DNA of 64,000 nt, taken from the NCBI GenBank assembly GCA_965199955.1, contig CBDATQ010000001.1:224001-288000 (forward strand). The letters run 5' to 3'. Both the position numbers and the translations under genes were made by a program. The stretch is from Spirochaetia bacterium. Its GTDB lineage: Bacteria > Spirochaetota > Spirochaetia > SZUA-6 > Bin103. This document shows, piece by piece, positions 1 through 10,214 of the stretch; positions within the stretch are counted from its first letter, which is position 1, and each line of letters begins with the position of its first letter. Below the pieces are notes generated by a model. That model was given only the letters and a program-made list of their open reading frames with translations, did no database searches and had not been told where the DNA came from.

Positions 1-102
1 CATCTTGCCCTTGGCGTGCTGCGCGGCGATCCGCTTTTCGCCGCCGCCGGTCTCGGCCTCCTGGCGCTTGGTCCGGTACGTCTCCAACAAGCGTTCTTGC
101 AT
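1..102 (-). CDS. Acyl-CoA carboxylase carboxyltransferase (beta) subunit, N-terminal fragment, runs off window start
   Basis: Manual translation MQERLLETYRTKRQEAETGGGEKRIAAQHAKGKM matches the GGG..RI..QH.KGK N-terminus of PccB/MmdA-type carboxyltransferases; not in the ORF track. Confidence 0.8.
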   Translation of the reverse strand, partial: MQERLLETYRTKRQEAETGGGEKRIAAQHAKGKM

Positions 103-145
103 GCAGGCGAGAGGACGGGCCCGAGGGGACCCGAAAGCGACGCGG

Positions 146-174
146 AGTCTACCCGTGCACCGTCGGCGGGTCAA
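146..174 (-). promoter_or_regulatory. Sigma70-type promoter for the carboxylase gene
   Basis: Minus strand TTGACC (174-169), 17 bp spacer, TAGACT (151-146). Confidence 0.65.
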
Positions 175-278
175 TCGGGTCGCTTGGCAGAGACGAGCAT
201 GGGCCAGACCTGAATGTATTGCCAATAGCCATACATCTGCTCGCCGCGGCAGATCTGCTCCGCCTATCCGTTCCTGGA

Positions 279-1280
279 TCATCCACTATGGCGGCGATAC
301 AGCTCGGCGATGATCCGCTCGATCGGGGGATCCTCGACGAACAGATCGCGAAGCGGATAGCGGTCGGTCACCTGCCGGATCAGCTTGGCGGCCGAGATGC
401 GGCGCGGATCGAAGCGCACGCGGACGCGATGGGCGCGCCGCTCCACCACTTCGGCATCGGGAATGGAGAGCTCGCAGTCCCGGTCCTCCAGGTCGATCGA
501 CAGGTACCGCTCGCCGGCGACCGCCGCGCGCAGCTCCGTGACCGAGCCGTCCAGGACGATGCGGCCCGCGCTGATGACGATCACCCGGTCGCAGAGCGTC
601 TCGATGTCGTCCATGTCGTGGGTCGTGAGGATCACGGTCACGCCGCGGTCGCGCAGCCGGCCGATGAAGTCACGCACGGCCAGCTTGGCGACCGCGTCCA
701 GGCCGATGGTCGGTTCGTCCAGGAACAGCAGCGACGGGCGATGCAGCAGCGCCGCGGCCAGGTCGCAGCGCATCCGCTGCCCCAGGCTGAGCTGCCGCGT
801 CGGCGTGTCCAGCAGGTCCTGCAGGCCGAGCAGCTCTACCAGCTCCTCGCACGTCTCGGTGTAGCGGTTCTGCGGCACCCGGTAGATGTCGCGCAGCAGG
901 TCGAACGACTCGACCACTGGCAGGTCCCACAACAACTGCGTTCGTTGTCCGAACACCGCGCCGATGGAAGCGACGTAGCGGCGCCGGTGGAGCCACGGCG
1001 TCATGCCGTCGATCTGGCAGGTGCCGGCGTCGGGCACGAGGATGCCCGACAGCAGCTTCACGGTGGTGCTCTTGCCGGCGCCGCTGGGGCCGATGTAGCC
1101 GACCAGCTCGCCCCGCCGCACGGTGAAGGAGACGTCTTCCACGGCCGTGAGCAGCCGATGGCGGCGCCGGACCACCCCGGCCAGCGCGCCCAGCATGCCC
1201 GCCCTGCGCTCGGCGATGCGGAAGCGCTTGGTGAGACCGGCGGCGCGGATGTGGATCTCGGAAGCGGACGACGAACTCAT
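279..1280 (-). CDS. ABC-2 type exporter ATP-binding subunit
   Basis: Walker A GPSGAGKST, signature LSLGQ, Walker B LLFLDEPT, H-loop TTHD; AGGAG SD upstream. Confidence 0.93.
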   Translation of the reverse strand: MSSSSASEIHIRAAGLTKRFRIAERRAGMLGALAGVVRRRHRLLTAVEDVSFTVRRGELVGYIGPSGAGKSTTVKLLSGILVPDAGTCQIDGMTPWLHRRRYVASIGAVFGQRTQLLWDLPVVESFDLLRDIYRVPQNRYTETCEELVELLGLQDLLDTPTRQLSLGQRMRCDLAAALLHRPSLLFLDEPTIGLDAVAKLAVRDFIGRLRDRGVTVILTTHDMDDIETLCDRVIVISAGRIVLDGSVTELRAAVAGERYLSIDLEDRDCELSIPDAEVVERRAHRVRVRFDPRRISAAKLIRQVTDRYPLRDLFVEDPPIERIIAELYRRHSG

Positions 1281-1428
1281 GCGATATCTCCTGATCGGTC
1301 GAGGACGCCGGCCTCGTCCGTCGCCGCCCGGCGCCGGTCCGGGCAGCGGATCACGAGGCCGTCAAAGCGAGGAGGCGAACGGTGACGTTACCGCAGCGCC
1401 GCGGCCGATGGAAGCGCGGCGATCGCAG

Positions 1429-2247
1429 CTACGAGCCGGTCGAGGTGTAGCGCCGCACGCCGAGCTGCCACAGAACGGCGGTCAAGGCAAGAAAGATGAA
1501 CCCGGCCATCGGGGCAAACCAGGCGACAGCCGCCGGTGCGCCCAGCGGATCCGGGCGGCCCAGAACATGCACCACCGGGAAGTAGGTGACGCTGCCGATC
1601 GGCACCACGAACAGGAACAGGTATCGGAGCGCGCGGTGGAACACCGGAATCGGATACTGCGTGGTTTCCACGCCTCCATGGGTGACGATGGCGAAGAGCT
1701 CCAGCGTCTCGGTGGTCCAGAACGACAGGACGGCGGAGAGCATGAGCAAGGCGAAGTAGGCGGCGACGCCACCGAGAAACGCCCACAGCAAGAGCGCGAC
1801 GTCGCTCAAGGCGGGGCCCCTTTCCAGGGCGGAGAGCGCCCAGCCCAGCACCACGGATCCCTGCAGCAGCCGGCCGATCCGCTTCGGAGCGAGGCTGCTG
1901 CCCAGGACCTGCAGCAGCGTCGAGCGCGGTCGCAGCAGCACCCGGTCGAGCGCGCCCTCCTTGATCAGCGGGCCGAACAAGTCGAATCCGCGCCCGATCG
2001 CCTCGGCCACCGCGAACACGACGTGAACGACTCCGTAGAAGAGCGCCACCTCCGCCAACGTCCAGCCGCCGATGCTCCCGAACCGGCCGAACAGCGCCCA
2101 GATGGCCAGGAAGTTCATCGCCGCCGAGACGAGCGTGCCGAGCGATTCCATCAGGAAGGACGAGCGGTACTGCATCTCGGCGCGAAGGTTGGCGGCCGCG
2201 TAGCGCACGGCCATGCGCAGCGTTCCCGGACCGGTCCTCCTATCCAC
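1429..2247 (-). CDS. ABC-2 family permease (DUF990 type)
   Basis: Multiple TM segments, MQYR and G.LDRVLLRP motifs, adjacent to ABC ATPase. Confidence 0.88.
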   Translation of the reverse strand: MDRRTGPGTLRMAVRYAAANLRAEMQYRSSFLMESLGTLVSAAMNFLAIWALFGRFGSIGGWTLAEVALFYGVVHVVFAVAEAIGRGFDLFGPLIKEGALDRVLLRPRSTLLQVLGSSLAPKRIGRLLQGSVVLGWALSALERGPALSDVALLLWAFLGGVAAYFALLMLSAVLSFWTTETLELFAIVTHGGVETTQYPIPVFHRALRYLFLFVVPIGSVTYFPVVHVLGRPDPLGAPAAVAWFAPMAGFIFLALTAVLWQLGVRRYTSTGS

Positions 2248-3103
2248 CCTGGATCACCACCTTGCGAATCCCGAGCGCCATCAGGCGGTGGCCGGCGGCC
2301 ACCAGGGCCACCACCCACGCCGCCTGCAGCAGCAGCGCACGCAGCGCCTCCGCGCCGGCCAGGTGTCCCGAGTAGATCCGGAACGGCGTGTCTATCAGCC
2401 CCGCGAACGGCAGCAGTTCCAGCACCGACTGTGCCCAGTGCGGCAGGTAGGGCAACGGCACGATCTGCCCGGAGCAGAACCAGGCTGCGAGCGGCAGGAC
2501 CGCGTTCCAGCCGGTGGAGCTGAGCGTCCACAACATGACGGTCTGGCCGAGCAGGGTGATCGCCATGCCGAGGAGCACCCCCAGCGCGATGGCGACCGCG
2601 AAGCCGGCCGCGGCGGCGGCTCCCGCCGGCGGGCCGAGGGCCCAGGTGCGGGCGCCGACGAGCGGCAGCAGCACGGCCGCGAACAGCAGCAGCGGCACGG
2701 CGCGCAGCGCGGTCCGGCCGATCCTCCAGCCGATGACGCTGACGCCCCAGTTGGCGTACAGGTCGAGCGGACGGAGCAGCTCGTAGGCGACCGCGCCGCT
2801 GCGGATCCGGTCGGACGCCAGCGGGTCGACGTTCATCGGGAAAAGCCCGAACATCGCCTGTCCCAGCCAGACGTAGGAGGCCAGGTGGACGGTCGTGAAG
2901 TCGCTCGCGTCGGGGGCGCTCCGATAGAAGCCGTCCAGGATCATGAAGCGCAGGAGGCCCCAGAAGATCTGCGTGCCCACGGCGGCGAGCGCCGCAGCCC
3001 GATACTGCAGGATCGCGCGCAGCCGCATCGATGCCAGTGCGGCGTAGCTGCCGAGTCTCCCATCGGCGTGGACGCGCACCGGTGGCACGAAAGACGACGA
3101 CAT
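2240..3103 (-). CDS. ABC-2 family permease (DUF990 type), second subunit
   Basis: LQYR motif, IRSGAVAYELLRP, C-terminal VIQGG; start placed at ATG 3103 after AGGAG. Confidence 0.88.
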   Translation of the reverse strand: MSSSFVPPVRVHADGRLGSYAALASMRLRAILQYRAAALAAVGTQIFWGLLRFMILDGFYRSAPDASDFTTVHLASYVWLGQAMFGLFPMNVDPLASDRIRSGAVAYELLRPLDLYANWGVSVIGWRIGRTALRAVPLLLFAAVLLPLVGARTWALGPPAGAAAAAGFAVAIALGVLLGMAITLLGQTVMLWTLSSTGWNAVLPLAAWFCSGQIVPLPYLPHWAQSVLELLPFAGLIDTPFRIYSGHLAGAEALRALLLQAAWVVALVAAGHRLMALGIRKVVIQGG

Positions 3104-3179
3104 CGTGAATCTCCTAGTGGGGCCAGGACGCCGACCTCGCCCGATCTTCCCGCGCCGTCGCGGGGGGCGGAAGGGTAGC

Positions 3180-4781
3180 TCACCGCTGCGCACGCATCCA
3201 TGCTCCGTTCCCTCCGGCGCACCCGACCGAGCCTGAGACGGACGAATCCGCGGACGCCGCTTCACCGGACGGCTGGGCGTTCAGCACCGGGAGCGAGCGG
3301 CGGCGCGGCGTGATCAGGCGCGCCGGCACGAAGCCGCGGCGTCTGCGCTCGATCATGCCCGCGCTCAGCAAGGCGGCGAGCGCTTCGTCGATCTCCTCCT
3401 CGCGCCAGCCGCGCAGATAGCCGAAGCCGCGCGTGCGCCGCAGCCCCATGGCCTCCGCCTCGTAGGTGGGCTGGCCGCCCAACAGCAGTGCCGTCTCGCG
3501 CAGGCCGAAACGGCCCCGGTGCCGGCGTACCAGCTCGGAGATCGCGGCGATCTCCGGCGGCGGCCCGGTCACGTCCCGGTCGCAGACGTCGCAGCCGCTG
3601 CACGCCACCTCGCCATCGGTGAACGGCGCCAGGAGCTGCTCACGCCGGCAGCGGCGGGACGCCGCGTACTCCAGCATGCCGGTGTAGCGCTGCCGGTCTG
3701 CCGGCGCCATCGTCTCCAGCCGGCGCTGCTCGGCTCCAGCGGCGTGCAGGAGCAACGCCTCCGCCGGGCGGCCGTCGCGCCCTGCGCGTCCCGCCTCCTG
3801 CAGGTACGCTTCCATCGACGGCGGCGGCTCCAGGTGGACTGCGGTACGGATGTCGCCCTTGTCCACGCCCATCCCGTAGGCGGAGGTGGCCACCAGCACG
3901 CCGTCGGCGGAGTCGAAGAACCACTGCTCGATCGTCCGTCGCTCGTCGGCGTCCAGGCCGGCGTGGTAGAAGCGCGAGGAGCCGATGCCGGCGGCCTGCA
4001 GGTGGCGGGCGTAATGCTCGGTGCCGCCGCGGCTGGACGCGAAGGCGATCAGCGGCCGTGCCATCGTCCGGGCGCACTCGACCAGGGCGCGCCTCCTGGA
4101 CAGGACCTGCCGGACCGAGTACCGCAGGTTGGTGCGGTCGGGATCGACCGAGACCACCGAAACGGGGGCATCGGCGTATATCACCTCCCGGATGCGGCGG
4201 ACGATGGGACCGCTGGCGGTGGCGGTGAAGGAGCTTACGACCGGTATGCCGGCGGCGCGGATCACCGCGCCCAGCTCCACGTAGGCGGGACGGAAGCGGT
4301 CGCCCTACTCCGAGATGCAGTGCGCCTCGTCTATCACGCAGTGGGAGATGCTCAGGCTGGGGAGCTGCTCCCCGAAGCGGCCGGCCAGGGCCTCCGGCGT
4401 GGTGAACAGCACGTCGATCTCCCGCTCGGCCAGCCCGTGCAGGATCTGCCGGCGCTCCGGCATCTCCTGGGCGCCCATCAGCGCCGCGACCCGCAGCGGC
4501 CCCTCGCGCAGCCGCCGGAGCTGATCCTGCAGCAGCGACAGCAGCGGCACGATCACCATCGTCGGACCGGCCAGCAGGCGCGCGGGAAGCTGGAAGCACA
4601 GCGACTTGCCGCCCCCGGTCGGCATCAGCACGATCTGGCTGCAGCCGTCCAGGATGTTGTCCACCACCAGCCGCTGCGCCGGGTAGAGGTACGGCACGCC
4701 GAACGTGGCGTGCGCCTCCGCCTCCACCGGATCGTGGTAGCGGTGGTCCGCCGTACCCGCGTCCGTCTGCACCCTTCGCAC
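3180..4781 (-). pseudogene. recQ: RecQ family helicase interrupted by an in-frame TAG at 4305-4307
   Basis: MPTGGGKSLCFQ and DEAHCISE*GDRFRPAY (normally SEWG), FYHAGL, ATSAYGMGVDK, QEAGRAGRDG and RQC cysteines all in one frame across the stop. Confidence 0.85.
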
Positions 4782-4830
4782 GGGTTAACGGCGCTGCCGG
4801 CACCGGCGCTTTCAACTCCGTGGCGTACGC

Positions 4831-5574
4831 TCAGGCGTCGGGATCGAAGTAGTCGTCCAAACCGACCGTGATCGTGTACAGCCGCCGGTACAGGAAGGTG
4901 ACGCTCACGGCGACCTGGACGGTGACCTCCGTGACCAGCGCCAGACTGTCCCGCAGCTCGTAGGTCGCGAGAATGGCAATGCCGCGCACCGAGCGCGGCA
5001 GCGGATCGACCGTGTAGTGCAATTCCAGGGGAATGCCGTCCTCGGACACCCAGAGCTGCCCGCGGATCGTATATCGCTCCTCCGGCTGCTCGATGCGGTA
5101 GCCGACCGCGGTCTGGCCCCGGATCGTGCGCCGCTCACCCATCCGCTCCGCCCCCACCATGGCCGACAGGTCGGCCTGGAACGCATCGGAGAAACGCGCG
5201 GAACTGGCGCCGGTCCTGCCGTCGGCCTCCTCGGCGTGCTCGACCGCCTTCCCGTCCTTGACGTCGCGCACGAGCTCGTAGGTCAGCTCGCCGTCGACCA
5301 CCCGCGCTCGCATGGCGGTCTCGCGCGTCGATCTGAGCTTGCCGTCCGCGGAGTGCTCCTGCGTATGCGTCACCATGGTGCCGGGAACCAGGTGTCTGGT
5401 GGCCGCGGCCATGGCGACGGCCCGCTCCCAGAGGGCGTCGGCGCTCGCGTGGGAGGCGGTGGCGGCCAGCAGCAGTGCGGTGCCGCAGGCGCGCAGGGTG
5501 CGCACGGAGGCCCTCACGGCAGAAGGCCGGATGTCGGTGGTGACGCCGGCACGAGGGGTTCGTACCCTGTCCAT
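4831..5574 (-). CDS. Hypothetical secreted/periplasmic protein (start uncertain)
   Basis: Signal-peptide-like ALLLAATASHASA followed by a beta-rich body; coding-like composition. Confidence 0.6.
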   Translation of the reverse strand: MDRVRTPRAGVTTDIRPSAVRASVRTLRACGTALLLAATASHASADALWERAVAMAAATRHLVPGTMVTHTQEHSADGKLRSTRETAMRARVVDGELTYELVRDVKDGKAVEHAEEADGRTGASSARFSDAFQADLSAMVGAERMGERRTIRGQTAVGYRIEQPEERYTIRGQLWVSEDGIPLELHYTVDPLPRSVRGIAILATYELRDSLALVTEVTVQVAVSVTFLYRRLYTITVGLDDYFDPDA

Positions 5575-5588
5575 CCCTGGACACGCTG

Positions 5589-6353
5589 ATGAGCCCGGAC
5601 CCATTTCCCCATTCTGACACTGTCGAGGTGGACGGCGCAGCGCTTCCCGCGGCAGTCGTCTGGTCGGCGCTTGCCCCGCACCTGACGCCTGCGCGCCGGC
5701 AGCGGATCCGTGAGGTGGCCGTCGGTCGCAGCTTCGCGGTCGCCACCGTGCTGGAGCACGTGCACGACGACGGGAACATCGCGGTCGTGCTGCGCACCTG
5801 CGAAGGGATCGGCTTCCCGGTCGCGCACGTCATCAGGGCGGCTGTCGACCCGGGAGCGCCGGCCCGACCGCCCAACCGCGTCACCCAGGGCGCGGACAAG
5901 TGGCTGGAGGTCGCGTGGTGGAACGCCGGCGACCCCTGGCTCGAGCGCCTGCGCGCGGACGGCTACCGGGTGCTGGTGACTCGCGTCGGCGAGGGGCCGA
6001 CCGTCGACCAGGTGGACTTCTCGCGGCCGACCGCGGTGGTGTTCGGCAACGAGCACGCGGGTGTCACCGACACGACGGCGCGGGCGGCCGACGGCTGGTT
6101 CTCGATCCCGATGGCCGGGTTCACGCGCAGCTTCAACATCAGCGTGGCCGTGGCGATGGTGCTGCAGCACGCGCGTCGATCACGCGCTGCGATCCGCGGG
6201 GACGCCGCCGATCTCACCGCCGAACAGCGGCTCATCCTGGAGGCGCGCTATGCCGTCCGCTCGCTGCCCGGCGCCGGGGCGTTGCTGCGCCGCGCCCTCG
6301 GCGACGGTTCGTTTGACATCGGCAGCCGGAGTCGGAAGGGTTCGGACGCATGA
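5589..6353 (+). CDS. trmH: TrmH/SpoU family RNA 2'-O-methyltransferase
   Basis: SPOUT motifs N..AVVLRTCE, VVFGNEHAG, IPMAGFTRSFNISVA. Confidence 0.88.
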   Translation: MSPDPFPHSDTVEVDGAALPAAVVWSALAPHLTPARRQRIREVAVGRSFAVATVLEHVHDDGNIAVVLRTCEGIGFPVAHVIRAAVDPGAPARPPNRVTQGADKWLEVAWWNAGDPWLERLRADGYRVLVTRVGEGPTVDQVDFSRPTAVVFGNEHAGVTDTTARAADGWFSIPMAGFTRSFNISVAVAMVLQHARRSRAAIRGDAADLTAEQRLILEARYAVRSLPGAGALLRRALGDGSFDIGSRSRKGSDA

Positions 6354-7546
6354 TCATCGAACCACGGGTGCGAGGCTTCATCTGCATGACCGCGCACCCC
6401 GACGGCTGCGCCGCGAACGTCGGCGAGCAGATCGCCCACGTGCGCGAGCGCGGCCCCATCGACGGCCCGCGCTCGGTGCTGGTGGTGGGCGCCTCCACCG
6501 GCTACGGGTTGGCGTCCCGCATCGTCGCGGCGTTCGGCTGCGGCGCGCGGACGGTCGGCGTCTTCTTCGAGCGGCCCGGCTCCGCCAGGCGGCCCGCCTC
6601 GGCCGGCTGGTACAACACGGCGGCATTCGAGCGGGCGGCGACGGAGGCCGGACTGGGCGCGTGGAGCTACAACGGCGACGCGTTCGCCGACGAGGCCAGG
6701 GAACGCGTCCTCGACCTGATCCACACGTACCTGGACGGCTCGGTCGACCTGGTCGTCTACAGCCTGGCCTCGCCCCGCCGCGTGCATCCGGACACGGCCG
6801 AGACTTTCGACTCGGTCATCAAGCCGATCGGCGTCCCGTTCGCCGGCAAGACCATCGACGCCCGCTCCGGCGCCCTGGGAGATGCCGGCATCGAGGCGGC
6901 TACGGATCAGGAGGTGGAGCACACCGTGGCGGTCATGGGCGGCGACGACTGGCGGCGCTGGATCGACGCGCTGGACGGAGCGGGCGTGCTCGCGCCGGGG
7001 TGCCACACCCTCGCCTACACCTATCTGGGCCCGGAGCACACGTGGCCGATCTACCGCGACGGCACCATCGGCAAGGCCAAGGAGGACCTGCAGCGGACCG
7101 CCGACGAGCTGGATGCGCGGCTGCGCGCGCGCGGCGGCCGGGCGCTGCTGTCGGTCAACCGCGCGCTGGTGACGCAGGCCAGCGCAGCGATTCCGACGGT
7201 CGCCGTCTACCTGGCGATGCTGGCGCCGCTGCTTCGCGAGCGCGGCACGGACGAGGGCTGCATCGAGCAGATGGACCGGCTGTTCCGGGAGCGGCTCTGC
7301 GCCGGGGGAGAAATCCCCGTGGACGAAGCCGGCCGCATCCGCGTGGATGACCACGAGATGGAGGACGAGGTGCAGGCGGCCGTGCGCGAGCGCTGGGAGA
7401 AGGTAACCGAGCAGGGTTACCGGCAGATCCTGGACGTGGACGGCTACCAGCGCGAGTTCCTGCGGCTGTTCGGCTTCGGGATGCCGGGCGTCGACTACGG
7501 CGCGGAGGTCGATCCCGAGGTGGCGATCCCGTCGATCGACGGCTGA
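6350..7546 (+). CDS. fabV: Enoyl-ACP / trans-2-enoyl-CoA reductase FabV
   Basis: MIIEPRVRGFICMTAHP.GC, GASTGYGLASR, YSLASP, VMGG.DW, Y..GTIGKAK, LVTQAS. Confidence 0.95.
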   Translation: MIIEPRVRGFICMTAHPDGCAANVGEQIAHVRERGPIDGPRSVLVVGASTGYGLASRIVAAFGCGARTVGVFFERPGSARRPASAGWYNTAAFERAATEAGLGAWSYNGDAFADEARERVLDLIHTYLDGSVDLVVYSLASPRRVHPDTAETFDSVIKPIGVPFAGKTIDARSGALGDAGIEAATDQEVEHTVAVMGGDDWRRWIDALDGAGVLAPGCHTLAYTYLGPEHTWPIYRDGTIGKAKEDLQRTADELDARLRARGGRALLSVNRALVTQASAAIPTVAVYLAMLAPLLRERGTDEGCIEQMDRLFRERLCAGGEIPVDEAGRIRVDDHEMEDEVQAAVRERWEKVTEQGYRQILDVDGYQREFLRLFGFGMPGVDYGAEVDPEVAIPSIDG

Positions 7547-7567
7547 TCGGCCGCGACTGAGGCGACG

Positions 7568-8326
7568 GTGCCGTTCGACGCCGAGCTGGAGCTCGCCAGG
7601 CAGGCCGCCCGCGCGGCCGGCGCCATCCAGCTCACCCGGCGCGGAGCCGAGGAAATCGACCTCAAGGCCGACGAGTCGCCGGTGACCGGGGTGGACCGCC
7701 GCTGCGAGGCGCTCATCCGCAGCGAGCTGCTCGGCGCCTTCCCGGACGACGGCTTCCTGGGCGAGGAGTCGGGCACGGCCGGCGGGACGAGCGGCCGCAC
7801 CTGGATCGTCGATCCGCTGGACGGCACCCGACCGTACATCAGGGGCATCGTCACGCACGCGGTGCTGATCGCCCTGGAGGACGCGGCCGGCCTGGCGCTG
7901 GGCGTCATCCACCTGCCGGCCCTTGACCTGACCTGCTGGGCGACCCGCGGCGGCGGCGCCTTCTGCAACGGCGATCCTGCGCGCGTGTCGGCGACCGCGA
8001 CCGTGGCCGACGCGATCGGCAGCGGGCTGGGCTTCCTGCAGCGCCACGACGAGCCGCTCGGCGCGCGTCTGTTCGAGCTGCTGCGCCGTACCGGCTACAG
8101 CTACGGGTTCATGGACGCCTACTCGTACGTGTGCCTGGCCACTGGCCGCATCGACTTCTGCGTCAACCTGCTCGACGCACCGTGGGACTGCGCGGCGGCG
8201 GCGGCCATCATCGTCGAGGCGGGCGGCCGCTGGTCGGACGCCGCCGGGGTGGAGACCGTGCATCGCGGCACCTTCGTGGCCAGCAACGGCGTCCTCCACC
8301 GGGAGGTGCTCGAAGCTCTGCGGTAG
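7568..8326 (+). CDS. Inositol monophosphatase family protein (possibly HisN-like)
   Basis: SPVT..D, FLGEE, WIVDPLDGT, PWDCAA. Confidence 0.88.
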   Translation: MPFDAELELARQAARAAGAIQLTRRGAEEIDLKADESPVTGVDRRCEALIRSELLGAFPDDGFLGEESGTAGGTSGRTWIVDPLDGTRPYIRGIVTHAVLIALEDAAGLALGVIHLPALDLTCWATRGGGAFCNGDPARVSATATVADAIGSGLGFLQRHDEPLGARLFELLRRTGYSYGFMDAYSYVCLATGRIDFCVNLLDAPWDCAAAAAIIVEAGGRWSDAAGVETVHRGTFVASNGVLHREVLEALR

Positions 8327-8372
8327 GCGCCGGCAGATCGACGCCCGACCCCGATGCGATTAGGGTACCGCC

Positions 8373-9113
8373 ATGATCAACGTGACGGTGTGGTGCGAGT
8401 TCATCCAGGAACGGGAGGATCCCGAGGTCGCGGCGGTGTACCCGCACGGAATCCACGAGGCGATCGCCGAGGGGCTGCGGCGCGAGGACGACCTGACGGT
8501 GACCACCGCCAGCCTGGACCAGCCCGATCAGGGGCTGTGGCAGGAGCGGCTCGACGCCACCGATGTGCTGATCTGGTGGGGCCACAAGGCACACGACCGC
8601 GTCGACGATGCCACCGTCGACCGGGTGCAGCTCCGCGCCAACGACGGCATGGGCCTGATCCTGCTGCACTCCTCGCACGTCTCGAAGATCATGACGCGGG
8701 TGCTCGGGACGCGTTGCAGCCTCCGCCACCGCGAGATCGGCGAGCGCGAGCGCGTCTGGAACATCGAGCCCAACCACCCGATCACGCAGGGGATCGGCGA
8801 TTACTTCGAGATCGAGCACGAGGAGCTGTACGGCGAGCGGTTCGACATCCCGCAGCCCGACGAGCTGATCTTCATCTCCTGGTTCGAAGGGGGCGAGGTG
8901 TTCCGCTCGGGCGTCACCTACCGGCGCGGCAACGGCAGGATCTTCTATTTCCAGCCCGGGCACGAAACCTACCCCATCTACTACCAGCCGGAGATCGTCC
9001 GCGTGCTTGTCAACGCCGTGCGCTGGGCCAGGCCGCTGCGCATCATCCCCGGCGTGCGCGGCATCAAGGCCGAGCCGCTGGAACGGGTTCGGGAGAGGAA
9101 CACATCAAGCTGA
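8373..9113 (+). CDS. thuA: ThuA (trehalose utilisation) domain protein
   Basis: VTVW.E, YP.GIH, LIWWGH, GEVFRSG, YFQPGHETYP. Confidence 0.9.
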   Translation: MINVTVWCEFIQEREDPEVAAVYPHGIHEAIAEGLRREDDLTVTTASLDQPDQGLWQERLDATDVLIWWGHKAHDRVDDATVDRVQLRANDGMGLILLHSSHVSKIMTRVLGTRCSLRHREIGERERVWNIEPNHPITQGIGDYFEIEHEELYGERFDIPQPDELIFISWFEGGEVFRSGVTYRRGNGRIFYFQPGHETYPIYYQPEIVRVLVNAVRWARPLRIIPGVRGIKAEPLERVRERNTSS

Positions 9114-9191
9114 TGCCGGGGAGCTTATTCCCGCTGGCGAAGTATTCGAAGAGACGACGGTGCTGAGATCATTCATGTCCGCCAGGGAAGC

Positions 9192-10214
9192 ATGACCGCC
9201 GACGAACTGCGCGCGCGGCTGGAGCGCTTCCCTCGCCTGTCGCTCGGCGTCTACCCCACGCCGCTGCAGCCGGCGCCCGGACTGAGCAGAGAGCTGGGCC
9301 GCACCGTGCTGGTCAAGCGCGAGGACCTGTCCGGCCTGGCCTTCGGCGGCAACAAGGTCCGGCACATGGAGCTGCTCATGACGGAGGTGCGGCGCGCCGG
9401 CGCCGACACCGTGCTCAACGTCATGGGCTACCACTCCAACAACGCCCGGCTGGCGGCGGCCGCCTGCGTGCGCGCCGGCTTGCGCTACCATGTCTTTCTG
9501 CGCCATGCGGCGGGGATGCCGGTGCAGGGCAACAGCCTGGTCGACCACCTGCTCGGCGCGGCCGTGCACCTGCTGAACGACGACGAGTCGGAGCGGGACA
9601 TGGAGCTGGCGCGCGGCGTGGCCGAGCGGCTGCGGCGCGCCGGCGCCGTGCCGTACGTCATGAACGACGAGCTGTTCCCGAAGCTGGCCGGCATGATCGG
9701 CTTCGCGGACGCCGGCCTGGAGCTTGCCGATCAACTCCGTGCCGCCGCGGTCAGCGGTCCGGTGCGGGTGGTGTGCGTGGCCGGCCGCAGTCTGTGCGGG
9801 CTGGCGCTGGCGTCGCTCAACCTGGATCTGGGCTGGCGCTTCACGGGCGTCCGCGTGGCTTCCGCGCCGGCGCTGGACGACTACATCTTCGGTAATGCCG
9901 AGACAGTGCGACAGCGGCTGGATTTGCCGCGCACCTACGCGCCCGAGGACTTCGACATCGTCGAACGCTACGCCGGGCCCGGCGGGCCGGCGCCTGCGGT
10001 CCTGGACGCGGTGCGGCTGGCGGCGCGCAGCGACGGGCTGATGGTCGATCCCAACTACACCGGCGTGGCGCTTGCCGGCCTGATCGACCGCATCGACGAC
10101 GGCGCGGTCGGCGCCGACGAGACGGTCGTGTTCGTGCACACCGGCGGCACGCCGGCGATCTTCAGCTACGCCGAGGAGCTGGTTCCGGCCGAGACGCTGG
10201 CGGTGACGCCGTAA
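9192..10214 (+). CDS. PLP-dependent D-cysteine desulfhydrase / ACC deaminase family enzyme
   Basis: [33 protein letters not shown]. Confidence 0.85.
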   Translation: MTADELRARLERFPRLSLGVYPTPLQPAPGLSRELGRTVLVKREDLSGLAFGGNKVRHMELLMTEVRRAGADTVLNVMGYHSNNARLAAAACVRAGLRYHVFLRHAAGMPVQGNSLVDHLLGAAVHLLNDDESERDMELARGVAERLRRAGAVPYVMNDELFPKLAGMIGFADAGLELADQLRAAAVSGPVRVVCVAGRSLCGLALASLNLDLGWRFTGVRVASAPALDDYIFGNAETVRQRLDLPRTYAPEDFDIVERYAGPGGPAPAVLDAVRLAARSDGLMVDPNYTGVALAGLIDRIDDGAVGADETVVFVHTGGTPAIFSYAEELVPAETLAVTP

